Source of the DNA: an uncultured Oscillospiraceae bacterium
GTDB taxonomy: Bacteria; Bacillota; Clostridia; Oscillospirales; Oscillospiraceae
Assembly (NCBI GenBank): GCA_949841355.1
Contig: CATKZP010000001.1
Coordinates: 173,682 to 237,681 of the forward strand
DNA: 64,000 nucleotides
Direction: 5' to 3'
The number at the start of each line of letters is the position of its first letter. The stretch's first letter is position 1. A model generated the notes under the pieces. That model was given only the letters and a program-made list of their open reading frames with translations, was not told the origin of the DNA and made no database searches. Positions 1-12,494 of the stretch are shown here, piece after piece. Made by a program: the position numbers and the translations under genes.

Positions 1-7
1 GGGCGTC

Positions 8-1789
8 ATGGCCGGGGACGTGATGGGCGGCTTCGGCTCCACCGTGAGCCGGGTCGTAATCAACCTGATCCCCTTCATCCTGCTCTCCTTTCTGCCCTTG
101 GCCGCGTATGTCCTCCTGCGCGGCGCCATCGTCCCCGGCCAGGGGCAGGAGACCCCCGTGCGCATCATCCTGGCCGCCGTGCTGGTGGCCTGCCAGCTCA
201 CCGCCTTCCTGCTGTCCACCCTGGGGCCGGTGAAGAACTACTACACCTATGAGTTCACCCCCAACACCGCCGTCCCCCACTTCGGACTGACCGCCGCGCT
301 GCGGCTGGAGCTGGAGTACGCCGTGGCCGGCACGCCCGCCCCGCCCCTGGACCAGTTCCTGGACGACCCGGCGCCCACTGCGTCCCCCTCCGCCCCGGAT
401 GAGAGCGCCCAACCCTCCGGCGAGCCCTCCGCCCAGCCCTCCCAGCCCCCCAAGGAGTACGGCTTCAACACCCTGGACATCGACTTTGCGGCCCTGGCCG
501 AGGGCGAGGAAAACGAAACCGTCCGGAACATCCACGAGTATATGGCCACCCTCACCCCATCCCAGCAGAACGAGTACACCGGGATGTTTGAGGGCAAGAA
601 CCTTATCCTCATCACCGCCGAGGGCTTCGCCACCCCCGCCATCGACCAGGAGCTCACCCCCACCCTGTATCAGCTCAGCCGGGAGGGCTTCGTGTTCCAC
701 AACTTCTACCAGCCTGACTGGACCCAGTCCACCGTGGGCGGCGAGTTCGCGGTGATGACCGGCGTCATCCCCAACTGGTTCGGCAAGCGCACCGCCATGA
801 GCATGAGCGTGGAGCGCACCATGTCCCAGACCCTGGGCTGGAAGTTCCGGGAGGAGGGCTACAGCGTCCCCGCCTGGCACGACCACACCCACAGCTACTA
901 CGGGCGGGACCGCACCCACCCCAACATGGGCTATGACTACGCCGGGGTGGGCGGCGGACTGGAGCTGCCCCACGACGTCTGGCCCAACTCCGACCTGGAG
1001 ATGATGGAGGCCACCGTGGACGGCTATATCAGCGACTACGTGGAGAACGGCCAGCCCTTCCACGCCTACTATATGACGGTGAGCGGCCACGGCTATTACA
1101 ACTGGGGCGGCAACGCCATGTCCCGCAAGCACCGGGAGGCGGTGGAGGCCAAGTACCCCGACCTGTCCGAGACCTCCCAGGCCTACCTGGCCTGCAATAT
1201 GGAGCTGGACCTGGCCCTGGAATACCTGGTGGACAAGCTGGAGGCGGCGGGCATCGCTGACGACACCCTCATCGTCATGACCGGCGACCACTACCCCTAC
1301 CTGATGGTGATGGAGGACGGCACCGACTACTACAACGAGCTGCGGGGCTTTGAGGACAAGGAGGGGGATACCTCCCGCTACCGCAGCACCCTGCTGATGT
1401 GGTCGGGGGCCATCGAGGAGCCTGTCGACGTGGACGTGCCCTGCACCTCGGTGGACATCGTGCCCACCCTGTGCAATCTGTTCGGGCTGTCCTACGACTC
1501 CCGGCTCTACTCCGGGCGGGACGTGTTCGCCACCAACTACGAGCCGGACCAGTACTCCAACTGCATGCCCCTGGCGGTGTTCGCCAACAACAAGGGCCAG
1601 GGGAACAGCTGGATCACCGCCGCGGGCATCTATGAGGCGTCCGCCAAAACCTTCACCCCCAACGAGGGCGTGGAGGTGGACGAGGACTACGTCAAGCGGG
1701 TCCACCGCCTGGTGGCCGCCAAGGTGAATTACGCCAAGCTCATCATCCAGGAGGACTACTACGCCCTTGTCCAGCCGCTGGAGGAGTGA
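8..1789 (+). CDS. LTA synthase family / sulfatase-domain membrane protein (true start may lie upstream of the window)
   Basis: N-terminal TM segments followed by an alkaline-phosphatase-superfamily core (NLILITAE, STVGGEF, YYMTVSGHG, MTGDHYP). Confidence 0.8.
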   Translation: MAGDVMGGFGSTVSRVVINLIPFILLSFLPLAAYVLLRGAIVPGQGQETPVRIILAAVLVACQLTAFLLSTLGPVKNYYTYEFTPNTAVPHFGLTAALRLELEYAVAGTPAPPLDQFLDDPAPTASPSAPDESAQPSGEPSAQPSQPPKEYGFNTLDIDFAALAEGEENETVRNIHEYMATLTPSQQNEYTGMFEGKNLILITAEGFATPAIDQELTPTLYQLSREGFVFHNFYQPDWTQSTVGGEFAVMTGVIPNWFGKRTAMSMSVERTMSQTLGWKFREEGYSVPAWHDHTHSYYGRDRTHPNMGYDYAGVGGGLELPHDVWPNSDLEMMEATVDGYISDYVENGQPFHAYYMTVSGHGYYNWGGNAMSRKHREAVEAKYPDLSETSQAYLACNMELDLALEYLVDKLEAAGIADDTLIVMTGDHYPYLMVMEDGTDYYNELRGFEDKEGDTSRYRSTLLMWSGAIEEPVDVDVPCTSVDIVPTLCNLFGLSYDSRLYSGRDVFATNYEPDQYSNCMPLAVFANNKGQGNSWITAAGIYEASAKTFTPNEGVEVDEDYVKRVHRLVAAKVNYAKLIIQEDYYALVQPLEE

Positions 1790-1796
1790 GCGCGCA

Positions 1797-1832
1797 AAAC
1801 GGCCCGGCGGAGGATGCTCCGCCGGGCCGTTT
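1797..1832. terminator. Bidirectional intrinsic terminator
   Basis: 16-bp stem AAACGGCCCGGCGGAG-gatg-CTCCGCCGGGCCGTTT between convergent genes. Confidence 0.8.
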
Positions 1833-1864
1833 GATTGGGAAGCTGGGTTTTCCCGCACAGGGTC

Positions 1865-2779
1865 TTACCCCTCGTTTTCCGGCGATCCGCCGGCGATGGT
1901 GATGGCCTGGGGCAGGTTTTCCACATGGGTCACCGCCTGCTCCCCGCCGAACTCCCCGTCCACCGTCCAGGCCACGGGGCTTTCACAGGCAAAGGTGATC
2001 TCGCTGGCCGAGAAGCCGGTCACCGCGCCCCCCTCCGCCAGCTCCAGGGTGGTCAGGGCGGTGAGGATGGACTGCCAGTCCCTGCCGTTCTCCGGCCGGC
2101 GGATCAGAATAACCTCGAACCGGCCGTCGTCCAGGCGCACCTTGTCCCGGGGCAGGTTCACCAGCCCCCCCACCGACACGGTGTTCCCCACCATGCCGTA
2201 GATGAAGTCCCCCTCCATCTCCCGGCCGTCTCCGGTGGTCACCTTCATGTGGTAGCTGGGGATGTTGGACAGCTTGCCCATCCCCTCCAGCACATAGGCG
2301 AAGTGGCCCAGCAGGTTCTTGTTCACCTGGGGGGTGGAGTAGGACACGTCGGTGAACAGCCCGAAAGCCGCCACGTAGGTAAAGGGGTTCCCCTCCGCCA
2401 GCCCCACGTCGATGGCCCGGGGCACCCCCGCCCCCGCCGCCTCCGCCAGCTCCGGAAGGGTGCGGGGCAGCTCCAGCGTGCGGGAAAAGTCGTTGGTGGT
2501 GCCCGCCGGGATGTAGCCCAATACGGGCCGGCGCTCCCGGGGCAGCTCCAGCACGCCCCGGACGGTCTCGTTCAGGGTGCCGTCCCCGCCGGAGCACACC
2601 ACCCGGTCGAACTCGGGGCCTAAGTCCCGGACCGCGGCGGCGGCGTCCCCCCTGGCCTGGGTGGGGCGCACGGTGATCTCATAGCCCTGGCGGGTGAATA
2701 CCTCCAGCGCGTCGGACAGGTTCATTTTTGCGGTTTTGCGCCCGGCGGTGGGGTTATAGATGTAAAGCAGTTTTTTCAC
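1865..2779 (-). CDS. Diacylglycerol/lipid kinase family protein (YegS/BmrU-like)
   Basis: IYNPTAG, SGGDGTLNE, IPAGTTNDF and VDGE motifs; GTG start chosen from RBS. Confidence 0.9.
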   Translation of the reverse strand: MKKLLYIYNPTAGRKTAKMNLSDALEVFTRQGYEITVRPTQARGDAAAAVRDLGPEFDRVVCSGGDGTLNETVRGVLELPRERRPVLGYIPAGTTNDFSRTLELPRTLPELAEAAGAGVPRAIDVGLAEGNPFTYVAAFGLFTDVSYSTPQVNKNLLGHFAYVLEGMGKLSNIPSYHMKVTTGDGREMEGDFIYGMVGNTVSVGGLVNLPRDKVRLDDGRFEVILIRRPENGRDWQSILTALTTLELAEGGAVTGFSASEITFACESPVAWTVDGEFGGEQAVTHVENLPQAITIAGGSPENEG

Positions 2780-2994
2780 GCAGATCACTCCGAGCTCTTC
2801 TCCCAACCGCCGCCCGGGCGGCCTGGATGTTGTGGACAATATTATACCCAAATCCTTCCGGCATTACAATGAACAATCTGTAAAACCTCTTGATCTAGCG
2901 GGACACCGGGGCTATAATGTAAAAAGCGCCGGGGCTCCGCTCCATCCGCGCTGTTCGCGACGGCTCCGCGCTTCTTTGTAAGGATGTGACACCA

Positions 2995-3693
2995 ATGAAC
3001 CGTAAGACCCTGGCCGCCGCCTTTCCCCACACCCTGCCGGTGCTCATGGGCTACCTGTCCATCGGGGTGGTGTTCGGCTGGATGCTGTCGGCGGCGGGCT
3101 TCGCCCCCACCTGGGCGGCCGTCATGTCGTCCACCATTTACGCGGGCAGCGGCCAGTACCTGGGGGTGGAGCTGCTGAAAAACGCCTCCCCCCTGGGGGA
3201 CGCCGCCTTCCTCACCCTCATCATCAACTTCCGCCACCTGGTGTACGGCCTGTCCATGCTGGAAAAATTCCGGGGCATGGGCTGGCACAAGCTGTATATG
3301 ATCTTCTCCCTCACCGACGAGACCTACGCCCTGCTGGCCGGGGTGGAGGCCCCGGAGGGGGTGGACGAGAAGGATTTCTACTTCACCATCGCCGTGCTGG
3401 ACCACCTGTACTGGATCGCCGGGTCCATCCTGGGCGCGGTGGCGGGTGCCCTCATCACCATCAACACCGAGGGCATCGACTTCGCCATGACCGCCCTGTT
3501 CCTGGTCATCGCCGTGGAGCAGTGGCAGTCCAGCGCCCGCCACGCCCCGGTGTATCTGGGTGCGGCGGGCACCCTGGCCTGCCTACTGATCTTCGGGCCG
3601 GAAAACGGGCGGTTCCTCATCCCGGCGCTGGCCATTTTGGTGGCGGGGCTGCTGGTGATGCGGCCCCGGCTGGAGGGAGGGAACAAGCGGTGA
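2995..3693 (+). CDS. azlC: Branched-chain amino acid exporter, AzlC family
   Basis: YAGSGQY, NFRHLVYG and LTDETYA motifs; multi-TM. Confidence 0.9.
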   Translation: MNRKTLAAAFPHTLPVLMGYLSIGVVFGWMLSAAGFAPTWAAVMSSTIYAGSGQYLGVELLKNASPLGDAAFLTLIINFRHLVYGLSMLEKFRGMGWHKLYMIFSLTDETYALLAGVEAPEGVDEKDFYFTIAVLDHLYWIAGSILGAVAGALITINTEGIDFAMTALFLVIAVEQWQSSARHAPVYLGAAGTLACLLIFGPENGRFLIPALAILVAGLLVMRPRLEGGNKR

Positions 3694-4016
3694 ATATTTC
3701 ACAGATCGCCGCGCTGGTGGCGGTGATGGCCGTGGTGACCTTTCTCACCCGGGCCCTGCCCTTCCTGCTGTTCGGCCGGGGCGGCGAGCCCCCCAGATTC
3801 GTGCTCTATCTGGGCCGCTTCCTGCCCCCGGCGGTCATCGCCATGCTCATCGTGTACTGCTACCGCGCCACCAGCTTTGCCAGCTTGAGCGGCTGGGCTC
3901 CCGGCCTCATCGCGGGACTGGCGGTGGTCCTTCTTCACGTCTGGAAGAAAAACAACATGCTGTCCATTGTGGGAGGGACGATTCTATATATGGTGCTGGT
4001 CCAGGTAGTGTTCTGA
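3690..4016 (+). CDS. azlD: Branched-chain amino acid exporter, AzlD subunit
   Basis: GTG start overlapping the azlC stop (GTGA); TFLTRALPF and YLGRFLPPAVIAMLIVY motifs. Confidence 0.85.
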   Translation: MNISQIAALVAVMAVVTFLTRALPFLLFGRGGEPPRFVLYLGRFLPPAVIAMLIVYCYRATSFASLSGWAPGLIAGLAVVLLHVWKKNNMLSIVGGTILYMVLVQVVF

Positions 4017-4047
4017 CGGACAGCCGCAAACTGCATGTGAGCAAGCA

Positions 4048-4079
4048 AAAAGACAGCCGCCTTACGGCGGCTGTCTTTT
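4048..4079. terminator. Bidirectional intrinsic terminator (azlD / tuf)
   Basis: 14-bp stem AAAAGACAGCCGCC-ttac-GGCGGCTGTCTTTT. Confidence 0.85.
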
Positions 4080-4101
4080 ATGATGCGTTTCAGCGCTGGA
4101 A

Positions 4102-5304
<1,203 letters not shown>

Positions 5305-5414
5305 TTTGCGTGTTCCTCCTTGTAATTGGTTAAATAAAATGTGTTGCGGCAAATAGGTTTATGGGCCTATTTTATCCTATGGCGGCAGAAATTGCAACTA
5401 CGATTTTGGGAAAA

Positions 5415-7523
5415 TCACAGTTCTTCCTTCCGCCCGCGCTGGGCGATAATCTTTTCCGCGATATTCTTGGGAATCTCCACGTAGCTGTGGGGCTCCATGG
5501 TGTACTGGCCGCGGCCCTGGGTGCGGGAACGCAGGTCGGTGGCGTAGCCGAACATCTCGGACAGGGGCACCAGGGAGTCCACCTGGGTGGCTCCGGGCCG
5601 GGCCTCCTGGCCCTGGATCTGGCCGCGGCGGCTGGTCAAGTCACCGATGACGTTGCCCAGGTACTCGTCGGGGGCGATGACGGACACCTTCATAATGGGC
5701 TCCAGCAGGCAGGCCCCGGCCTTGCGGCAGGCCTCCTTGAAGGCCATGGAGCCGGCGATCTTGAACGCCATCTCGGAGGAGTCCACCTCGTGATAGGAGC
5801 CGAAGGTCAGGTGGACCTTCACGTCCACCACCGGGTAGCCGGCCAGCACGCCGGCCTGCATGGCACCCTGAATGCCCGCGTCCACGGCGGGGATGAACTC
5901 CTTGGGAATGACGCCGCCAGTGATCTCGTTGAGGAACTCGTAGCCCTTGCCAGGCTCGTTGGGCTCCACCTGGATGACCACGTGGCCGTACTGGCCCTTG
6001 CCGCCGGACTGGCGGGCGTACTTGGTGTCCTGCTTCACCGACTGCTTGATGGTCTCCTTGTAGGCCACCTGGGGCGCGCCCACGTTGGCCTCCACCTTGT
6101 ACTCGCGCAGCAGGCGGTCCACGATGATCTCCAGGTGAAGCTCGCCCATGCCGGCGATGATGGTCTGACCGGTCTCCTCGTCGGTGTAGGTCTTGAAGGT
6201 GGGGTCCTCCTCGGCCAGCTTCATCAGGGCAATGCCCATCTTCTCCTGGCCGGCCTTGGTCTTGGGCTCGATGGCCACGCGGATCACGGGCTCGGGGAAC
6301 TCCATGGACTCCAGAATGACGGGGTGCTTCTCCTCGCACAGGGTATCGCCGGTGGTGGAATTCTTCAGGCCGATGACGGCGGCGATGTCGCCAGAGTACA
6401 CGGTCTCGATATCCTCCCGGTGGTTGGCGTGCATTTGCAGGATGCGCCCGATGCGCTCCTTCTGCCGCTTGGTGGAGTTGAGCACCTGGGTGCCGGTGTT
6501 CAGCGTGCCGGAATAGACACGGATGAAGGACAGCCGGCCCACAAACGGATCGGTGGCGATCTTAAACGCCAGCGCGGAGAAGGGCTCGTCGTCGGAGGAC
6601 GGCCGCTCCTCCTCCTCCTCGGTGTCGGGGTTGACGCCCTTGATGGGAGGAATGTCGGTGGGGGCGGGCATATAGTCCACGATGGCGTCCAGCAGCTTCT
6701 GCACGCCCTTGTTCTTGTAGGACGTGCCGCACACCACGGGGACCATCAGGTTGTCGATGGTGCCCTTGCGGATGGCCTGGCGCAGAAGCTCGGTGGGGAT
6801 GGGCTGCTCCTCCAGAGCCAGCTCCATGATCTCCTCGTCGATGTCGGCGCAGGCGTCCACCAGCTTGGTGCGGTACTCCTGGGCCAGCTCCATCATGTCG
6901 GCGGGGATCTCCTCCACCCGCAGGTCCTTGCCCAGGTCGTCGTAGTAGAGGTCGGCGTTCATCTCCACCAGGTCGATGATGCCCTTGAAGGTCTCTTCTT
7001 TGCCGATGGGAAGCTGAATGGGCACGGCGTTGGCCTTGAGCCGGTCGTGGATCATGTTCAGCACGTTGTAGAAGTCGGCGCCCATGATGTCCATTTTATT
7101 GACATAGATCATGCGGGGGACCCGGTAATGGTCCGCCTGGCGCCAGACGGTCTCCGACTGGGGCTCCACGCCGCCCTTGGCGCACATGACGGTAACGGAA
7201 CCGTCCAGCACGCGCAGGGAGCGCTCCACCTCCACGGTGAAGTCCACGTGGCCCGGGGTGTCGATGATGTTGATTCGGGTCTGGGGGAACTGGTCCTTGG
7301 TGCCTTTCCAGTAGCAGGTGGTGGCGGCGGAGGTGATGGTGATGCCGCGCTCCTGCTCCTGTGCCATCCAGTCCATCGTAGCGGTACCGTCATGGGTCTC
7401 ACCGATCTTATAGTTCACGCCGGTGTAGTACAGGATACGCTCGGTGGTGGTGGTCTTACCGGCGTCAATGTGGGCCATGATCCCGATATTACGGGTATTT
7501 TCCAGAGTTACTTTTCTTGCCAT
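5415..7523 (-). CDS. fusA: Elongation factor G
   Basis: [42 protein letters not shown]. Confidence 0.99.
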   Translation of the reverse strand: MARKVTLENTRNIGIMAHIDAGKTTTTERILYYTGVNYKIGETHDGTATMDWMAQEQERGITITSAATTCYWKGTKDQFPQTRINIIDTPGHVDFTVEVERSLRVLDGSVTVMCAKGGVEPQSETVWRQADHYRVPRMIYVNKMDIMGADFYNVLNMIHDRLKANAVPIQLPIGKEETFKGIIDLVEMNADLYYDDLGKDLRVEEIPADMMELAQEYRTKLVDACADIDEEIMELALEEQPIPTELLRQAIRKGTIDNLMVPVVCGTSYKNKGVQKLLDAIVDYMPAPTDIPPIKGVNPDTEEEEERPSSDDEPFSALAFKIATDPFVGRLSFIRVYSGTLNTGTQVLNSTKRQKERIGRILQMHANHREDIETVYSGDIAAVIGLKNSTTGDTLCEEKHPVILESMEFPEPVIRVAIEPKTKAGQEKMGIALMKLAEEDPTFKTYTDEETGQTIIAGMGELHLEIIVDRLLREYKVEANVGAPQVAYKETIKQSVKQDTKYARQSGGKGQYGHVVIQVEPNEPGKGYEFLNEITGGVIPKEFIPAVDAGIQGAMQAGVLAGYPVVDVKVHLTFGSYHEVDSSEMAFKIAGSMAFKEACRKAGACLLEPIMKVSVIAPDEYLGNVIGDLTSRRGQIQGQEARPGATQVDSLVPLSEMFGYATDLRSRTQGRGQYTMEPHSYVEIPKNIAEKIIAQRGRKEEL

Positions 7524-7546
7524 ATTGGTTCAGCTTGCCTCCGTCC

Positions 7547-8017
7547 TTACCAGCGGTAGTGGGCGAACGCCTTGTTGGCCTCGGCCATCTTGTGGGTGTC
7601 CTCGCGCTTCTTCACGGCGGAGCCGGTGTTGTTGGCTGCGTCCATGATCTCGCCGGCCAGGCGCTCCTTCATGGTTTTCTCTCCCCGGTTGCGGGAGTAG
7701 CTGGTCAGCCAGCGCAGGCCAAGGGTCTGGCGCCGCTCGGGCCGAACCTCCATGGGGACCTGATAGGTAGAACCGCCCACGCGGCGGGACTTGGTCTCCA
7801 GGGAAGGCATGATGTTCTCAATGGCGGTGGTAAAGACCTCAAGGGGCTCCTTGCCGGTCTTATCCTTGATGATGTCAAAGGCACCGTAGACGACCTTCTG
7901 GGCTACGCCCTTCTTGCCGTCCAGCATGATGCTGTTGACGAGCTTAGTGACTAGGACGGAATTATACAGCGGGTCGGGCAGAATCTCCCGCTTGGGTACG
8001 TTTCCTCTTCTGGGCAC
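7547..8017 (-). CDS. rpsG: 30S ribosomal protein S7
   Basis: [16 protein letters not shown] ... [13 protein letters not shown]. Confidence 0.99.
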   Translation of the reverse strand: MPRRGNVPKREILPDPLYNSVLVTKLVNSIMLDGKKGVAQKVVYGAFDIIKDKTGKEPLEVFTTAIENIMPSLETKSRRVGGSTYQVPMEVRPERRQTLGLRWLTSYSRNRGEKTMKERLAGEIMDAANNTGSAVKKREDTHKMAEANKAFAHYRW

Positions 8018-8213
8018 TTCGCTTCCCTCCTTCTACATAGAATTAGAATTCACAGGTACTCGAAGCCTTGAGCGGCGCCTTGCCGCGCCATGCCCAAGCA
8101 ATACCTCGTGCAATGCCTGTCCGAGGCCTACCCATAAAAATATGGAATAAACGCTCGGCAAGGCGGTTTGCCTTGCGCGTATGCGCAAAACTCGTTGTGG
8201 GTGAAGAAGCGGA

Positions 8214-8639
8214 TTACTTCTTCTTGGCAGCCTTGGGCCGCTTGGCGCCGTACTTGGAGCGGGCCTGCATACGGCCGTTGACGCCCTGGGTGTCCAGCGT
8301 GCCGCGGATGATGTGGTAACGAACGCCGGGCAGGTCCTTCACACGGCCGCCGCGGATCATCACCACGGAGTGCTCCTGCAGGTTGTGGCCCACGCCGGGA
8401 ATATAGGCGGTGACCTCGTAGCCGTTGGTCAGGCGCACACGGGCGATCTTCCGCAGCGCGGAGTTCGGCTTCTTCGGGGTGGAAGTACGAACGGCGGTGC
8501 AGACGCCCCGCTTCTGGGGAGAGGGCAGGTCGGTCTCCTTGTTCTTCAGGGTGTTCAGACCGTGCTGCATGGCGGGAGAGTTGGACTTGTAGGTGCTCTT
8601 CTCGCGGCCCTTGCGGACCAGTTGGTTAAAAGTAGGCAT
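8214..8639 (-). CDS. rpsL: 30S ribosomal protein S12
   Basis: [36 protein letters not shown]. Confidence 0.99.
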   Translation of the reverse strand: MPTFNQLVRKGREKSTYKSNSPAMQHGLNTLKNKETDLPSPQKRGVCTAVRTSTPKKPNSALRKIARVRLTNGYEVTAYIPGVGHNLQEHSVVMIRGGRVKDLPGVRYHIIRGTLDTQGVNGRMQARSKYGAKRPKAAKKK

Positions 8640-8722
8640 GATTTTCCTCCTTTCAATGAATATATATTTTAACGAACCATCCGAGGATTATTCGCTAAAA
8701 CCGGAAAAAGCTGGGACGGCGC

Positions 8723-8962
8723 TCAAATCGAGGCGGCGGCAGCGGTCCCCACGGCCACGCCGCAGGCCCGGCCCAGGGCCTTCATGGACTCGGCCCACAC
8801 CGTTTCCACGGCCTGTCCCGCCGCCTGGCGCTCCAGGGGGGCGGTGAGCTGCCCATCAGCGTCCTTAGCCAGATACAGCCGCTTGACCTGCCCGGCGGCC
8901 AGCGCCCGGCGGACCTGCTTGACGCCCACCACCTTGGCCGTGTTCTCCAATTCTGTGAGCAT
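8723..8962 (-). CDS. Ribosomal L7Ae/L30e/S12e family protein (YbxF-like)
   Basis: VVGVKQVRRAL...YLAKDAD...LGRACGVAVG; canonical position upstream of rpsL in Firmicutes. Confidence 0.85.
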   Translation of the reverse strand: MLTELENTAKVVGVKQVRRALAAGQVKRLYLAKDADGQLTAPLERQAAGQAVETVWAESMKALGRACGVAVGTAAAASI

Positions 8963-9034
8963 GGTCAGGCCCTCCTTTGCGCACCAGCGCAATTTGAAAT
9001 TATAGCATATCGTTTTGTCCCCGTCAAGCGGGTT

Positions 9035-10429
9035 TTACCCTTTTCTTTCCCCTTTTTGGGCCGCCGGGGCGGTTTTTTGGTCCAATCCGCCGCTCCAGGC
9101 CAGCAGCTGCCCCCGCCGGGCCCGGTAATAGGCCAGTCCGGCGGCGTCCGCCAGCGCCCAGCCGATGGGCACCGACCACCAAATCCCCGTCACCCCCAGG
9201 CCGGGAAGGGCACTGAGCAGGTAGGCCAGCGCCACCCGGGTGCCCAGGGAGATCACCGTCAGCACCACCGACATCCCCGGCCTGCCCAGCGCCCGGTACA
9301 GCCCGTACAGCAGAAACAGGCACCCGATGCCGCAGTAGAACGCCCCCTCGATGCGCAGGTAGCGCACCCCTTCCAGGATGGTGGAGGTCTCCCCCGCCTC
9401 CACAAACAGCCCCATCAGCGGCCCGGCAAAGGCCCACACCAGGGCGGACACCACCGCGCAGAACGCCATGCAGGCTATTACCGCGCCCTTCAGCCCCGCC
9501 CGGATGCGCTCTTCCTCCCGGGCACCGTAGTTCTGGGCGATGAAGGTGGAAAAGGCGTTGCCGAAGTCCTGCACGGGCATGTAGGCGAAGGCGTCGATCT
9601 TCACCGCCGCGGCGAAGGCGGCCATCACCGTGGGGCCGAAGCTGTTCACCAGCCCCTGCACCATGAGGATGCCCAGGTTCATCACCGACTGCTGCACGCA
9701 CGTGAGGATGGAGAAGCCCGCGATCTCCCGCACCCGCTCCCGCCGCACCCGGAAGCGGCCGCCGCAGGGGCGCAGGGCGGGGTATTTCATCAGGGTATAG
9801 CCGGCGATGCCCGCCCCGGAGAGGTATTGGGCGATGACGGTGGCCTCCGCCGCCCCTGCCGCGCCCCGCTCAAGGCCCAGCACAAACCACAGGTCCAGCC
9901 CGATGTTCACCGCCGCGGACACCGCCAGAAAGGCCAGCGGCACCACCGAATTGCCCACCGAGCGCAGAAACGAGGCGAAATAATTATAGAGGAACGTGGC
10001 GGCGATGCCGCAGAAGATGACGGCCAGGTACTCCCGCATCATCCCCCACACCTCGTCGGGCACCCGGAGGAACACCCGGATGCCGTCCAGGCAGGCGAAG
10101 GCCAGCAGGTTCAGCGCCAGGGTGATGCCGGCGATGAGGGCGAAAGCGGCGTGGGCTCCCTCCCGCAGGCCGTCCTCATCCCGCTGACCGAAGCGGATGG
10201 AGAACACCGCCCCGCTGCCCATGCACAGGCCCAGCAGAATGGAGGTGAGGAAGGTCATCAGCGTGAAGGACGACCCCACCGCCGCCAGGGCGTTCTTGCC
10301 CAGATACCGCCCTACGATCAGGGTGTCGGCCACGTTATAGCACTGCTGGAGCAGATCGCCCAGGATCATGGGCACGGCGAAGGCCAGCATAGAGCCCATC
10401 ACCGGTCCCTTTGTCAAATCCCTGTTCAC
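9035..10429 (-). CDS. MATE family efflux transporter
   Basis: DLTKGPVM..FAVPMILGDLLQQCYNVADTLIVGRYLG; 12-TM pattern. Confidence 0.92.
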   Translation of the reverse strand: MNRDLTKGPVMGSMLAFAVPMILGDLLQQCYNVADTLIVGRYLGKNALAAVGSSFTLMTFLTSILLGLCMGSGAVFSIRFGQRDEDGLREGAHAAFALIAGITLALNLLAFACLDGIRVFLRVPDEVWGMMREYLAVIFCGIAATFLYNYFASFLRSVGNSVVPLAFLAVSAAVNIGLDLWFVLGLERGAAGAAEATVIAQYLSGAGIAGYTLMKYPALRPCGGRFRVRRERVREIAGFSILTCVQQSVMNLGILMVQGLVNSFGPTVMAAFAAAVKIDAFAYMPVQDFGNAFSTFIAQNYGAREEERIRAGLKGAVIACMAFCAVVSALVWAFAGPLMGLFVEAGETSTILEGVRYLRIEGAFYCGIGCLFLLYGLYRALGRPGMSVVLTVISLGTRVALAYLLSALPGLGVTGIWWSVPIGWALADAAGLAYYRARRGQLLAWSGGLDQKTAPAAQKGERKG

Positions 10430-10441
10430 GCCTCCCCCTCC

Positions 10442-10885
10442 TCACTGCCGGAGAGGGGGCTTTTTTCTCACGTTCATGCGGAACAGGTTCTCTCCCGCCA
10501 CCAGGTTGTCGATTTCAATGGCGTAGTCGATCTCCAGCTCGCCCCCCGCCTCGTCCACCGTGGAGCGCATGCGCCGGGTGTTCACCCCGATGGACAAAGC
10601 GCCGTAGGGCGTCTCGTACATGGACAGGTGCCGCCTGCCCTCCTCAAAGACCATCTGGGAGTTGGTGTTCCCCTCCCGCAGGAGGGTGACCCGCCTGCCG
10701 TCGATGTGCACCTTTGTGGTGGTGCCCTCCAGCCCGGTGAGCTCGCTCTCCTGATAGGAGATGATGCAGCCGCCCTGGCCGTCCCGCTCCATAACGCCCG
10801 CGGTGACCAGCTCGATCTCCTCCGGGGCGCACTCGGCGTATATCTGCTTTCCTTTTATGGATATGATTACGTTGTCTGTTGTCAT
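10442..10885 (-). CDS. DUF1934 domain protein
   Basis: MVFEEGRRHLSMYETPYG beta-barrel motif; next to murI as in many Clostridia. Confidence 0.75.
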   Translation of the reverse strand: MTTDNVIISIKGKQIYAECAPEEIELVTAGVMERDGQGGCIISYQESELTGLEGTTTKVHIDGRRVTLLREGNTNSQMVFEEGRRHLSMYETPYGALSIGVNTRRMRSTVDEAGGELEIDYAIEIDNLVAGENLFRMNVRKKPPLRQ

Positions 10886-10919
10886 GGGTTCCCCTCGCAT
10901 ATGGTATAGGATGCCGTGC

Positions 10920-11735
10920 TCAATATGCCGTGATGTCGATTTGCTCCACCTCGCCGTGAACGTCCTCCCCCAGGAATACGGAGGCCAGCTCGGAGAAATC
11001 CCCCCCGCTGTCGCTGACGAAGTAGCGCCGCCGCCCAGCGCCCGGGCGCTGGTTGCGCAGGCCGTCCCACTCCAGCTGCTGCTTCACCCAGCGGGCGCAC
11101 TGCTCCCCCGCGTCCACCAGGGCGATGTCCGGCCCCACGGCCCCGCCGATGACCGCTTTCATCAGAGGGTAATGGGTGCAGCCCAGGATCAGGGTGTCCA
11201 CCCCCGCGGCCTTTATGGGGGCTAAGTACTCGGCGGCCACCGTCTCGGCCACCACGTCGCCGGGGCGGAAGCGGCCGTTCTCCACCAGCGGGACCAGCAG
11301 AGGGCAGGCCCGGGCGGTCACCGCCGTGCCGGGGCGCATGGCCTCCAGCGCCCGCTCGTAGGCCCCGGAGCGGATGGAAGCCCGGGTGCCGATGAGGCCC
11401 ACCCGGCCGTTCTGAGTCACGTGGGCGGCGGCCCGGGCGGCGGGCTCCACCACGCCAAAGATGGGGATGGCGTTCTCCTCCCGCAGCACGTCCAGCGCGG
11501 TGGCGGACACGGTGCCGCAGGCGATGACAATGGCCTTTGGGTCGAATGTGCGCAGGAAGGCCACGTCCTGCCGGGCATACTTCACCAGGATCTCCCTGGA
11601 CCGCCCGCCGTAGGGCACCCGGCCCGTGTCACCGAAATAGATCAGGTCCTCCTCCGGCATCAGCCGGGCCAGCTCCCGCAGGGCGGTGAGCCCCCCCAGG
11701 CCGGAGTCAAATACGCCGATGGGCCGTGTATCCAT
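10920..11735 (-). CDS. murI: Glutamate racemase
   Basis: PIGVFDSGLGGLT, VIACGT, LILGCTHYP. Confidence 0.95.
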   Translation of the reverse strand: MDTRPIGVFDSGLGGLTALRELARLMPEEDLIYFGDTGRVPYGGRSREILVKYARQDVAFLRTFDPKAIVIACGTVSATALDVLREENAIPIFGVVEPAARAAAHVTQNGRVGLIGTRASIRSGAYERALEAMRPGTAVTARACPLLVPLVENGRFRPGDVVAETVAAEYLAPIKAAGVDTLILGCTHYPLMKAVIGGAVGPDIALVDAGEQCARWVKQQLEWDGLRNQRPGAGRRRYFVSDSGGDFSELASVFLGEDVHGEVEQIDITAY

Positions 11736-12011
11736 CACAGTGCTCCTCCCCTCCACAAAACGCCGCCGCGCGCGAATCGAAACTAGGATATTATATGCTA
11801 TTCCTTTCCTAAAAACAAGAGCGGATTTGCAAACCTTCCGCAAACCCCTCCGCCGGGAAAAACCTGGCGGCAAACGGGGCGTTGGGATGTGTAATAGCCG
11901 CATATTTCTTGCGGAAAAAGAAGAAATGCCCGTTTTCCTGCTTTTCCCCCTTGCGGTTTCGGCCCAGAAATGATATACTACAGGTCCGCACCACGAAAGG
12001 AGGCGGCCACA

Positions 12012-12473
12012 ATGGGAAAACAGTCTGTGAAGCAGGTCGCCTCCAATCGGAAGGCGTTCCACGACTATTTTATTGAGGACAAGTACGAGGCGGGCATCGA
12101 GCTGGCCGGCACGGAGGTCAAGTCCATCCGGCTGGGAGCCGTCAACCTGCGGGACGCCTTTTGTTCGGTGAAGGACGGGGAGATGTTCCTGTACGGAATG
12201 CACATTTCCCCCTATGAGAAGGGCAATATCTTCAACAAGGACCCCCGGCGCACCAGAAAGCTGCTGCTCCACCGCCGGGAGATCATCAAGCTCCAGGCCC
12301 GGGTGCAGCAGGACGGGTATTCCCTCATCCCGCTCTCCCTGTACTTTTCCGGCCCCCGGGTGAAGGTGGAGCTGGCACTGGCCAAGGGCAAAAAGCTCTA
12401 CGACAAGCGGGAGGCCGCCGCTCAGCGGGACGCCAAGCGGGAGATGGACCGGGCCATGCGCGCCCATTACTGA
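12012..12473 (+). CDS. smpB: SsrA-binding protein
   Basis: [29 protein letters not shown] ... [10 protein letters not shown]. Confidence 0.97.
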   Translation: MGKQSVKQVASNRKAFHDYFIEDKYEAGIELAGTEVKSIRLGAVNLRDAFCSVKDGEMFLYGMHISPYEKGNIFNKDPRRTRKLLLHRREIIKLQARVQQDGYSLIPLSLYFSGPRVKVELALAKGKKLYDKREAAAQRDAKREMDRAMRAHY

Positions 12474-12494
12474 GAAAAGAAAGGGATGGTAACT

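Noticed and set aside
5361-7559. 732-aa plus-strand ORF (also 4327-5325 and 9056-10909)
   Set aside because: Antisense shadows of fusA, tuf and MATE caused by GC-rich codon bias
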